From contig RXJG01000004.1 of the NCBI GenBank assembly GCA_003963365.1, positions 691,842 to 755,841 of the forward strand: 64,000 nucleotides of DNA, given 5' to 3'. Positions within the stretch are counted from its first letter, which is position 1. Each line of letters starts with the position of its first letter. The notes beneath the pieces are model-generated. The model was not told the origin of the DNA and did no database searches. It saw nothing but the letters and a program-made list of their open reading frames with translations. The stretch is from Sphingobacteriales bacterium. GTDB taxonomy: Bacteria; Bacteroidota; Bacteroidia; Chitinophagales; Chitinophagaceae. Shown in pieces: positions 56,299 to 64,000 of this stretch. The translations under genes and the position numbers were made by a program.

Positions 56299-56319
56299 AA
56301 TATTATAATTTATAATATG
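56299..56319. promoter_or_regulatory. 21-nt palindrome AATATTATAA-T-TTATAATATG upstream of amt
   Basis: Arms match at 9 of 10 positions. The centre is 104 nt before the amt ATG. The 17-mer TATAATTTATAATATGT recurs exactly at 60918-60934. Confidence 0.35.
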
Positions 56320-56412
56320 TGAATAATATTATTGAAATATGTTTAATAAAGTGTTATTTTTGATTGAAACAAATAAATTATTAAAATATTTAATTTATTA
56401 ACCAAAGCTTAT

Positions 56413-57801
56413 ATGAAAAAATTGACTTTCAAACAAATTTCTCCCTTTCTGATTCTGACTCTTGTAGCCATTGCGTCAATCTTTATCAAACCAGTTGCCG
56501 ACTTTGCGGATACTTCAAAGTATAACGGTGCAGATGTTGCCTGGATAATTGTAGCCACTGCCCTGGTGTTTTTGATGACACCTGGTTTGGCTTTCTTTTA
56601 TGGTGGTATGGTACATCGCAAGAATGTAATTTCTACCATGATTAAAAGTGTGGTTGCAGCCGGTATTGTCAGTATTCTTTGGGTGGTTGTTGGGTACAGC
56701 CTCGCCTTTGGTCAAAGCATGGGAGGTTTCATCGGTAATCCAATGACCCACCTTTTCTTTAAAGGTGTTAATTCAGGTGAACCCTGGAGCCTGGCACCAA
56801 CTATTCCAAAAACTTTGTTCTCATTATTCCAGTTGATGTTTGCCATTATTACACCAGGTCTTGTAGTGGGTGCTGTTGCAGAAAGGATTCGTTTTACTTC
56901 TTATATTTTATTTACTGTTTTGTTCAGCTTATTAGTGTATGCGCCATTAGCACACTGGAGCTGGCATCCTGATGGTTTTTTATTTAAAATGGGTGCTTTA
57001 GACTTTGCAGGTGGTACCGTAGTACATATTTCTGCTGGTTGTGCTGCTTTAGCCGGTGCACTGGTATTAAAGCGCAGAAAAGTTCATATTGAACAAAAAG
57101 AAATTCCGCCGGCCAACGTACCATATGTATTAATTGGTACAGGTTTATTGTGGTTTGGTTGGTTTGGTTTCAATGCAGGTTCTGCTTTAGGAGCCAGTGC
57201 ATTAGCAGTATCGGCATTTGCTACAACTAATACCGCAGCAGCAGCAGCTGGTTTATCATGGATGTTCTTTGAAGTAGCCCGTGGTAAAAAACCTTCAGTA
57301 CTTGGTTTCTGTATTGGTGCTGTTGTTGGTTTGGTAGCTATTACTCCTGCCGCAGGTTTTGTAGCAATACCACAAAGTATTTTTATAGGTGCTGTTGCTG
57401 CAATCATTTCTAATCTGGCTGTTCATATTAAAGCTAAATCAACTTTAGATGATACATTAGATGTATTCCCCTGCCACGGTATTGGTGGTATGGTGGGTAT
57501 GCTGTTAACTGGTGTATTTGCAACCAAAGCAGTTAACTCAGCCGGTAATGATGGTTTGTTTCTTGGTAATTATTCCTTCTTTTTTACCCAGCTGAAAGCC
57601 ATGCTTATTTCAGTGGGATATAGCTTTACGGTTTCTTTCGCCATATTTAAGTTTATCAACTTTATTCTTCCATTGCGTGTAAGTGAGGAAGATGAAGAAG
57701 TTGGTCTCGATGCTTCACAGCATAACGAAAAGTATTTGCAGGGTACTTTACTGGTTTCAAACAATGGCCAGATGAAAGAAGTGCCTGCAGAGTCTCATTA
57801 A
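56413..57801 (+). CDS. amt: ammonium transporter
   Basis: Amt family pattern, including DFAGGTVVHISAG and the conserved His region. Confidence 0.95.
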   Translation: MKKLTFKQISPFLILTLVAIASIFIKPVADFADTSKYNGADVAWIIVATALVFLMTPGLAFFYGGMVHRKNVISTMIKSVVAAGIVSILWVVVGYSLAFGQSMGGFIGNPMTHLFFKGVNSGEPWSLAPTIPKTLFSLFQLMFAIITPGLVVGAVAERIRFTSYILFTVLFSLLVYAPLAHWSWHPDGFLFKMGALDFAGGTVVHISAGCAALAGALVLKRRKVHIEQKEIPPANVPYVLIGTGLLWFGWFGFNAGSALGASALAVSAFATTNTAAAAAGLSWMFFEVARGKKPSVLGFCIGAVVGLVAITPAAGFVAIPQSIFIGAVAAIISNLAVHIKAKSTLDDTLDVFPCHGIGGMVGMLLTGVFATKAVNSAGNDGLFLGNYSFFFTQLKAMLISVGYSFTVSFAIFKFINFILPLRVSEEDEEVGLDASQHNEKYLQGTLLVSNNGQMKEVPAESH

Positions 57802-57825
57802 TACAGACAGACTTAAATTAAAAAA

Positions 57826-57871
57826 GGTACAGCTTTAAAAGAACTTCTGCGAAAAGTTCCTCAGCTGTACC
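57826..57871 (+). other. nested hairpin between amt and the porin gene
   Basis: Outer 9-bp stem GGTACAGCT/AGCTGTACC and inner stem GAACTT/AAGTTC. No U-tract follows. Confidence 0.45.
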
Positions 57872-57897
57872 ATTAATAACACTTAAAATCAATTACA

Positions 57898-58956
57898 ATG
57901 TTAAGAAAAAAAATCAACACGGCTATCGTATGTGTATTATTTGGCATTTCATCACTTAAAGCTCAAACGGATTCCACAAAACCTGCCCCGGCAACCACTT
58001 ATACTTTTTCAGTGGATGCTTATTACAGAACCGACTTTGCAAATCAGCTTTCTAATAATAAAACCAGTTTTACCAATTCAAATAATTCCTTTGAGTTAGG
58101 GATGGCATCCATCAGGGTAGATCACAGTTTTGGAAAAGTGGCAGCCACTGTTGATTTGGGTTTTGGCCGCAGGGCAGAAGAATTTTCCTATAACGATGGT
58201 GAAACCGGAGCCAGCAAAAATGGCTTTCTTACTTTGGCTGCATTAAAGCAGGCATATATGAGTTATTCACCTTCTTCTAAAATAAAATTCACAGTAGGTA
58301 AATGGGCCACACATGTTGGCTGGGAATTATTAGATGCTTATGCTAATCGTAATTACAGTATGAGTTATGGTTTTTCATACGGACCATTCTTTCATACTGG
58401 TGTTAAAACAGATATTTCCCTTGGTGGCAAATCTGCTTTTATGATTGGTATTGCTATTCCTACTGATCGTTCTACTACTACTTCTTCAACTAAAGTTGCA
58501 ATTGCCCAGTTCAGTACCGGAACAAAAGATGATAAATTAAAAGCCTACCTCAATTTCCAGGGTACAAAAGATTTAACTCAGTTTGACCTTGTGTTAAATG
58601 GAAACATCAGCAGCAAGTTTGCCATTAATTATGATGGTACTGTTCAAAGTGTAAAAGTTGCGGGGGCTACTCATAGCTGGTCAAGCAATGCTCTTTATTT
58701 CAATTATGACCCAACAAGTAAATTCGGTTTAACCTTAAGAGGTGAATATTTTGATGATAAAAAAGCAGTGAGTTCAGGAGCTTTTGGTGCAGGAATTTTT
58801 GCAGCAACTTTATCCGCTAACGTACATCTTTCTAACCTGACCATTATTCCCGAAATACGGTTAGATAATGCAAGCAAAGAAATTTTCCTTAAAAATAACG
58901 GAGCAGGAACAAAAAGTGCCGGCAACTTTTTGATTGCTGCTGTATACAAATTTTAA
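57898..58956 (+). CDS. outer-membrane beta-barrel porin
   Basis: Signal peptide, alternating beta-strand pattern and a C-terminal aromatic residue (AAVYKF). Confidence 0.7.
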   Translation: MLRKKINTAIVCVLFGISSLKAQTDSTKPAPATTYTFSVDAYYRTDFANQLSNNKTSFTNSNNSFELGMASIRVDHSFGKVAATVDLGFGRRAEEFSYNDGETGASKNGFLTLAALKQAYMSYSPSSKIKFTVGKWATHVGWELLDAYANRNYSMSYGFSYGPFFHTGVKTDISLGGKSAFMIGIAIPTDRSTTTSSTKVAIAQFSTGTKDDKLKAYLNFQGTKDLTQFDLVLNGNISSKFAINYDGTVQSVKVAGATHSWSSNALYFNYDPTSKFGLTLRGEYFDDKKAVSSGAFGAGIFAATLSANVHLSNLTIIPEIRLDNASKEIFLKNNGAGTKSAGNFLIAAVYKF

Positions 58957-59031
58957 GTACAGATATCTATTGATTTTAGGAGATTACCGATATACCGACA
59001 GTTTATTTAATCACACTAAAATCAACGACAC

Positions 59032-60573
59032 ATGTTCTCATCTACTTTAAGTTCTCTCAGGCAAATGGGAAAGAAAAGGAGTATTGCAATTCCTTTAACC
59101 TCAAAAGAAAAATGGCGTTTAGGGTTAACTATTTTCTTTGGTAAAATTCTTGGTGTATTCCTCGTTGTAGTAGCAATGAAATTATTGCCCGGTATGATTG
59201 CAACACCTGCTTATGCCGGTGAAACATATACTGCACATGAAACTACTATTTTCAACTCAATCAATACTGTTTGGACGCTGGTAGCTGCTTTCCTGGTATT
59301 TGGAATGCAGGCAGGTTTTGTAATGCTTGAAGCAGGTTTCGCAAGAAGTAAAGAAACTGTGAACGTATTACTGGAATGTGTTTTTGATACAGCAATTTGC
59401 GGTATCCTGTTCTGGGCAATTGGATATGCTTTTATGTTTAGCCACGGTAATGGCTTTATTGGTAAAAACTGGTTTTTCCTCTCAGGCGCACCTGCAACCT
59501 ATGAAGCAACTGGCATACCTATCCTGGCACACTGGATATTTCAGTTTGCATTTGCTGATACTACCTCTACTATTACCTCTGGTGCAATGATTGGTCGTAC
59601 AAGTTTCAGAGGCGATATTCTTTATAGTATCGGTGTTACCGGGTTTATCTATCCTATTATAGGTCACTGGGCATGGGGTCCTGATGGATGGTTAGCATTA
59701 ATGGGTTCAGAAGGGCATTTTCTTCCTTCTTTAGGGCAAGGGTTTAGAGATTTTGCCGGCTCAACTGTAGTACATACAATCGGAGGTGTCATTTCATTAT
59801 CTGGTGCATTAGTTTTAGGGCCACGTATCGGGCGAATATTTTCGAGAGATGATAAGGAAAAAGGAGGATTACCTCCTGCACACAATTTACCTCTTGCTGC
59901 TGTAGGTGGTTTCATTTTGTGGTTTGGCTGGTATGGTTTCAATCCAGGAAGTACACTTTCTGCAATTGATGCAGATGGTATTGGTCGTATTGCAGCTAAT
60001 ACAACTTTAGCAGCTTGTGCTGGTTCGCTTACAGCCATGGCATTACCGCTGTGGTTTGGACCAAATAAAGGTAAGTTTGATCTTCCATTTACCATTAATG
60101 GATTACTTGCCGGATTAGTGGCCATTACATGTCCTTGTTATTGGGTGTCGCCAATGGGAGCTATCCTTATTGGATTGGTGGCAGGTGCAGTTGTTTATTA
60201 TGGAACACTTTTATTGGAGCATTTAAGAATTGATGATCCGGTAGGTGCAGTACCAGTACATGGTATTTGTGGTATATGGGGAACATTGTCTTTAGGGTTA
60301 TTTGCCTGCGGATTGTATGGTGCTACCGGTCCAACAGGCGCTGATAATTCAACTCCTGTTAAAGGGTTATTTTATGGTGGTGGTTGGGATGTTTTCAAAG
60401 CTCAGCTAATTGGTAGTGCAACTATTACAATTGCAACATTTGTAATATCAATGATATTAATGTGGCTGGTAAGTAAACTGCCTTATCCATGGAAATTACG
60501 GGTAGAGCCAGAAGCTGAGACAGGTCCGGGTCTTGATCTGTTTGAACATGGAGCCTCTGCCTACAGCAATTAA
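59032..60573 (+). CDS. amt: ammonium transporter (second, longer paralog)
   Basis: Amt motifs DFAGSTVVHTIGG and GFNPGS. The exact start is uncertain. Confidence 0.9.
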   Translation: MFSSTLSSLRQMGKKRSIAIPLTSKEKWRLGLTIFFGKILGVFLVVVAMKLLPGMIATPAYAGETYTAHETTIFNSINTVWTLVAAFLVFGMQAGFVMLEAGFARSKETVNVLLECVFDTAICGILFWAIGYAFMFSHGNGFIGKNWFFLSGAPATYEATGIPILAHWIFQFAFADTTSTITSGAMIGRTSFRGDILYSIGVTGFIYPIIGHWAWGPDGWLALMGSEGHFLPSLGQGFRDFAGSTVVHTIGGVISLSGALVLGPRIGRIFSRDDKEKGGLPPAHNLPLAAVGGFILWFGWYGFNPGSTLSAIDADGIGRIAANTTLAACAGSLTAMALPLWFGPNKGKFDLPFTINGLLAGLVAITCPCYWVSPMGAILIGLVAGAVVYYGTLLLEHLRIDDPVGAVPVHGICGIWGTLSLGLFACGLYGATGPTGADNSTPVKGLFYGGGWDVFKAQLIGSATITIATFVISMILMWLVSKLPYPWKLRVEPEAETGPGLDLFEHGASAYSN

Positions 60574-60619
60574 TAAAGTATAAAGTATAATTGCTAACAT
60601 TTAAGATAAATTGTAATCA

Positions 60620-60661
60620 AAGGTTGCAAGAGGTTAGCTTCTTTTGCAACCTTTTCTTTTT
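60620..60661 (+). terminator. intrinsic terminator after amt2
   Basis: Stem AAGGTTGCAA/TTGCAACCTT followed by TTCTTTTTC. Confidence 0.7.
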
Positions 60662-60699
60662 CTAAGCTTAGTATTTCATATAAGCTACGAGCTCGTTAT

Positions 60700-60730
60700 A
60701 CACCTCATTTCTATGAGGTGTTATTTTTTA
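60700..60730 (+). terminator. second terminator-like hairpin
   Basis: Stem ACACCTCAT-TTCT-ATGAGGTGT followed by TATTTTTT. Confidence 0.5.
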
Positions 60731-60912
60731 TGATTAATGGACAAGCTTTCAATCTTAACAAAAAATGTGGATAACTTTTAAAATTTTAAAGCACGTTAAA
60801 TAAATAATATTTTTTTTAAGGTTTTCGCAATTAGCAGCCATGCGATTCAAAATAATTTCATTTACCCTTTCCCTTTTTTTTACCGGAAGGAAACATTAAT
60901 TCAAAATAAACA

Positions 60913-60933
60913 TATAGTATAATTTATAATATG
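60913..60933. promoter_or_regulatory. second copy of the TATAA-T-TTATA palindrome
   Basis: TATAGTATAA-T-TTATAATATG, with arms matching at 8 of 10 positions. The centre is 112 nt before the small ORF ATG at 61035. Confidence 0.3.
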
Positions 60934-61034
60934 TAAGCTTCATTTCCACAGGCTTTAACTACTTTTTTAAATGATTTTTTCTAATAAACTTTACGCCCAA
61001 TTCAATATTTAAATCAAAAAAAATCATTTTTATT

Positions 61035-61172
61035 ATGAATTTACTCATTAACCAGATTTGCGATGTTGTGCCCGCAGCAGCAAATGAAAATACTATAATT
61101 GTAATAGGACTCGTTGCATGTGCAGGGATATTTGCAGCGTTACTTTGGAAACGTGGATCAAACACTCACTAA
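61035..61172 (+). CDS. candidate 45-aa single-TM micro-protein
   Basis: MNLLINQICDVVPAAANENTIIVIGLVACAGIFAALLWKRGSNTH has a clean TM helix plus a KR anchor. A terminator follows 50 nt downstream. I prefer it over the antisense 68-aa track ORF. Confidence 0.35.
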   Translation: MNLLINQICDVVPAAANENTIIVIGLVACAGIFAALLWKRGSNTH

Positions 61173-61221
61173 AAGTTATCGCAATACTTTTAACAGGAGG
61201 TTAAAAGATTTGAAAAATATT

Positions 61222-61250
61222 AAAGACCGCTCGAAAGAGTGGTCTTTTTT
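61222..61250. terminator. bidirectional terminator (micro-ORF / ppc)
   Basis: Stem AAAGACCGCTC-GAAA-GAGTGGTCTTT with one G-U pair and a T-run. Confidence 0.75.
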
Positions 61251-61251
61251 A

Positions 61252-63828
61252 TTATGCAGAGTTTCTTCCGGCATTGATAATACCAAATGAACAGCGCATC
61301 ACGAGTTTTTCATAATTAGGTTTGTTAGGATTAGGAACAAGCTGCTCTTCGGACTCTCTTACTTTGGCTATTGCATATTGCTGAATTGTTATCAATGGCA
61401 ATACAATTCGTTCTCTCATCTGCACCGATAATTGTTCCACAGGATAATCGGCCATTAAATCATGCTTACCAGACAATTTAAAAATATACTGCATGGTTAA
61501 CTGGTATTCCCCGTAAATACGGTTTCTTATTTCCCCATAAACAGGGTGATTAGATAAATATTCTGTCAGTGGAAAGAAACATTTTTTCATAGCCATCTCA
61601 CAGTTATCCATTAATGTTTTAAAGAAAAGAGAATTTCGGTATAAAGTTCTTATTTCATTAAAACGTCCTTTATCATCCAACGCTTTTAATGCAGTGCCTA
61701 CGCCAAAATAACCGGTTACATTTTGTTTTAGCTGGCTCCAGGCTCCAACAAAAGGAATTGCTCTTAAGTCTTTTAATGATAATCTTGAACCACCACCACG
61801 TTTAGCCGGTCTTGAACCAATATTAGTTTCGGCATAAAAACGTAATGGACTCACCTGTGATAAATAGTTTAAGAAGTTAGGGTCATTCTTAAGTGAAACA
61901 TAAGAAGCGAAACTTGTTTCAGCCAGTTCCTGTAATAAACTTTCTTCATCTTTCTCCAGGGTAACATGACGGGAGGAGAACAAATCATTTGTGATACCGG
62001 CGTTTATCAACTGTTCAATGTTGAATTGTGCAGCATCAATAGTTCCGAAATTGGAACTTACGGTTTGTCCCTGTATAGTAAGCTGAATTTCTTTATTAGA
62101 AATATTTCTGCCCATGCTGGCGTAGAACTTATGTGTTTTACCGCCACCTCTTGCCGGCGGGCCACCACGGCCATCAAAGAATACCACATCGATATCATAT
62201 TTGCGGCTGATGGCAGTGAGCTCTTCTTTGGCTTTATAAATACTCCAGTTGGCCATTAAATAACCACCATCTTTTGTGCCATCACTAAAGCCAAGCATAA
62301 TGGTTTGGCGATTATTCTTTAACTGCAGATGCTGACGATAAGTTTCGTTAGTGTACAACGCTTTCATAATGCCACCGGCATGTTTCAAATCATCAATCGT
62401 TTCAAACAACGGAACAATATCAATCTTCAGTTCTTCCTTCTTCCATCCGCCTAATTTAAACAAGGCATACACCTCCATTACATTCAGCACACTGTTACAC
62501 TGGCTGATGATATAACGATCGCAGCCTTCATTACCATTATACTGGCGAATTTCTTTAATGGCCTTAACACTGGCAATAGTATCATTAAATAATGAGTCAC
62601 TCAATTCGATGCTTTCATTATTTGTTTCCAGTGATGAAAGCAATTGTACTTTTTCTTCTTCATTCAGTGCATTGTAATTCTTTGGCAATAAAGAACTGCT
62701 GGCAGCAACGGCCTCCAGCACTTTACCATGAACTGAACTATCCTGCCGTATATCCAATGTGGCAAAGTGTAAACCAAATACTTCTACTTTATTAATAAGA
62801 CTGTTTACTAAATGCACAAACAAACTGTTATGCTGGTAAACGAGTGTATCACGAATTTGATTAAGGGTATCTAGAATTTCTTTTTTAGATAAATCCGTTT
62901 TTTGCCCCGGTATAAAAATGTTGTTATATAATTTTTTCTCCAGATCAGCCAGTGGTTGTTCTACTCCTTTAAAGGTGAGACGGCGTTTAAGCTTTCTTAC
63001 ATCGAGATAATAACATTTGATAATACTTCCTCTCAATGCATCAGCCACTTTCAAGGTTGTATCTACTGTAACAAATGGATTACCATCCCTGTCGCCACCG
63101 GGCCAGAAACCCATTTTAATAATGGGATTCTCTTTATTCATATTGTCACGAAACCTGTTCTTCAAACTTGAAATAATTCTCCCCGATGCAGGATAGAATA
63201 CATTCTCCATGTACCAAATCAGGCTAATGGCTTCGTCGTAAGGAGTTGGTTTTTGTTGTTTGAAGAAGGGTGTTTTACCTAACTGTTGTAAATAAACATT
63301 TATCTGGGCTACATTATTATCAGCAATGGCTTTAGATAAATCGTTGATAATGCCGAGTACTGTTCCCGGGTAAAACTGAGTTGGATGTGCCGTTAATACC
63401 AGTCGAATACAAAAATCTCTCAGCTTCCTGGTTAATTCTTCTTCCTTATTACTTTGAATAATTTCTGATTCAAGTTGTTTTAATGTGCCGGCGCCATTCA
63501 TATCATTCACTTCTTTAAAAGCAGCATCTTCCAGCGCATCAAACAACACTACCTGTCGTTCTACATACTGTACAAAACGAAACAACAAATCCAGTTTATC
63601 ATTCTCGTTTACATATTGAGTATAGTTTTTTAAAAAATCTTCGATGATCTCAAGCGGACTTTGTTTCTTTTTAAAACCGTCCTCACAATTATTTAAAAGC
63701 AGTGATAACAGAATTCCTGTCTTTTCAATGCGGTGAAAAGGCAATGAAGTAAATAAACTGTTGTACAATTGAAACTTAATGCCTACCTGGTTCTTAAAAA
63801 CCGATAAACCTGCAGATTCCTGGTTCAT
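61252..63828 (-). CDS. ppc: phosphoenolpyruvate carboxylase
   Basis: 858 aa with VLTAHPTQ and FDGRGGPPARGGG motifs. Confidence 0.95.
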   Translation of the reverse strand: MNQESAGLSVFKNQVGIKFQLYNSLFTSLPFHRIEKTGILLSLLLNNCEDGFKKKQSPLEIIEDFLKNYTQYVNENDKLDLLFRFVQYVERQVVLFDALEDAAFKEVNDMNGAGTLKQLESEIIQSNKEEELTRKLRDFCIRLVLTAHPTQFYPGTVLGIINDLSKAIADNNVAQINVYLQQLGKTPFFKQQKPTPYDEAISLIWYMENVFYPASGRIISSLKNRFRDNMNKENPIIKMGFWPGGDRDGNPFVTVDTTLKVADALRGSIIKCYYLDVRKLKRRLTFKGVEQPLADLEKKLYNNIFIPGQKTDLSKKEILDTLNQIRDTLVYQHNSLFVHLVNSLINKVEVFGLHFATLDIRQDSSVHGKVLEAVAASSSLLPKNYNALNEEEKVQLLSSLETNNESIELSDSLFNDTIASVKAIKEIRQYNGNEGCDRYIISQCNSVLNVMEVYALFKLGGWKKEELKIDIVPLFETIDDLKHAGGIMKALYTNETYRQHLQLKNNRQTIMLGFSDGTKDGGYLMANWSIYKAKEELTAISRKYDIDVVFFDGRGGPPARGGGKTHKFYASMGRNISNKEIQLTIQGQTVSSNFGTIDAAQFNIEQLINAGITNDLFSSRHVTLEKDEESLLQELAETSFASYVSLKNDPNFLNYLSQVSPLRFYAETNIGSRPAKRGGGSRLSLKDLRAIPFVGAWSQLKQNVTGYFGVGTALKALDDKGRFNEIRTLYRNSLFFKTLMDNCEMAMKKCFFPLTEYLSNHPVYGEIRNRIYGEYQLTMQYIFKLSGKHDLMADYPVEQLSVQMRERIVLPLITIQQYAIAKVRESEEQLVPNPNKPNYEKLVMRCSFGIINAGRNSA

Positions 63829-64000
63829 TAACTATTGTTAGTTTACGATTGACAAATGGGCAAGCATCAAACGAGCCTTGAAATTACATAATAATTTTAT
63901 TGTGGCATTTGTTTTTATTGATTTAGTTATTATCTTGCTGCCACTTCAAATAATGGTAAAGCAAACAACATATTCATTCTCTGCTACAGCAATTTCCGTT

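Noticed and set aside
60959-61165. A 68-aa minus-strand track ORF.
   Set aside because: It overlaps the more gene-like plus-strand 45-aa TM peptide, would have no terminator or promoter context on the minus strand, and has an odd composition.
1-64000. I searched the whole window for CRISPR arrays, tRNA or rRNA genes, transposases, integrases, phage genes, toxin-antitoxin pairs and recognisable defence-system genes.
   Set aside because: I saw no regularly spaced direct repeats of 25-40 nt, no tRNA-like T-arm consensus, and no DDE, tyrosine-recombinase, nuclease-helicase or similar motif in any long ORF. The window is mostly core metabolism. I cannot exclude small or divergent elements without search tools.
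63953-64000. A possible plus-strand gene start (MVKQTTYSFSATAISV) lies at the right edge of the window.
   Set aside because: Only 16 codons are visible and there is no recognisable motif, so it cannot be supported.

Overview
The window reads as a Bacteroidota chromosome, probably Chitinophagia or Sphingobacteriia-like. Supporting signs are a T9SS C-terminal sorting domain, an ExbB-ExbD-ExbD-TonB cluster, an argF'-type arginine operon, starts without Shine-Dalgarno sequences, and TAnnTTTG-like -7 boxes. Hand-counted samples give about 40% GC. I call about 55 protein genes. I found no rRNA, tRNA, CRISPR array, transposase, integrase or prophage genes.

The left 28 kb holds mixed housekeeping and envelope genes: two Crp/Fnr regulators, an O-methyltransferase, AsmA, a T9SS adhesin, CHAD, Usp, a histidine kinase, lpxB, gatC, trpS, a deoxynucleoside kinase, a metalloprotease and the TonB complex.

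The right 36 kb is an almost unbroken plus-strand block for amino-acid and nitrogen metabolism. It runs arg operon, leuA-like/leuB, ilvEDBNC, gltBD, amt-porin-amt, then a convergent ppc.

I do not see a new multi-protein system such as a defence, toxin or secretion island, and I do not claim one. The unusual signals are at the RNA and regulatory level:
- A family of degenerate arrays with a 7-nt period (one array has 8 nt) sits at gene boundaries. Some are paired as inverted arrays that form long hairpins.
- One such hairpin encloses a four-helix-bundle gene of the 23S-rRNA-IVS/Avd type, inserted between argC and argD.
- 35-nt copies of the array motif lie inside the argC and argH coding sequences.
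- A conserved module precedes argF', ilvD and gltD.
- A textbook Ile/Leu/Val leader-peptide attenuator sits in front of ilvE.
- Matching palindromes lie next to the two Crp paralogs, and another matching pair flanks the amt locus.

All family names come from reading the translations by eye. No database search was run.
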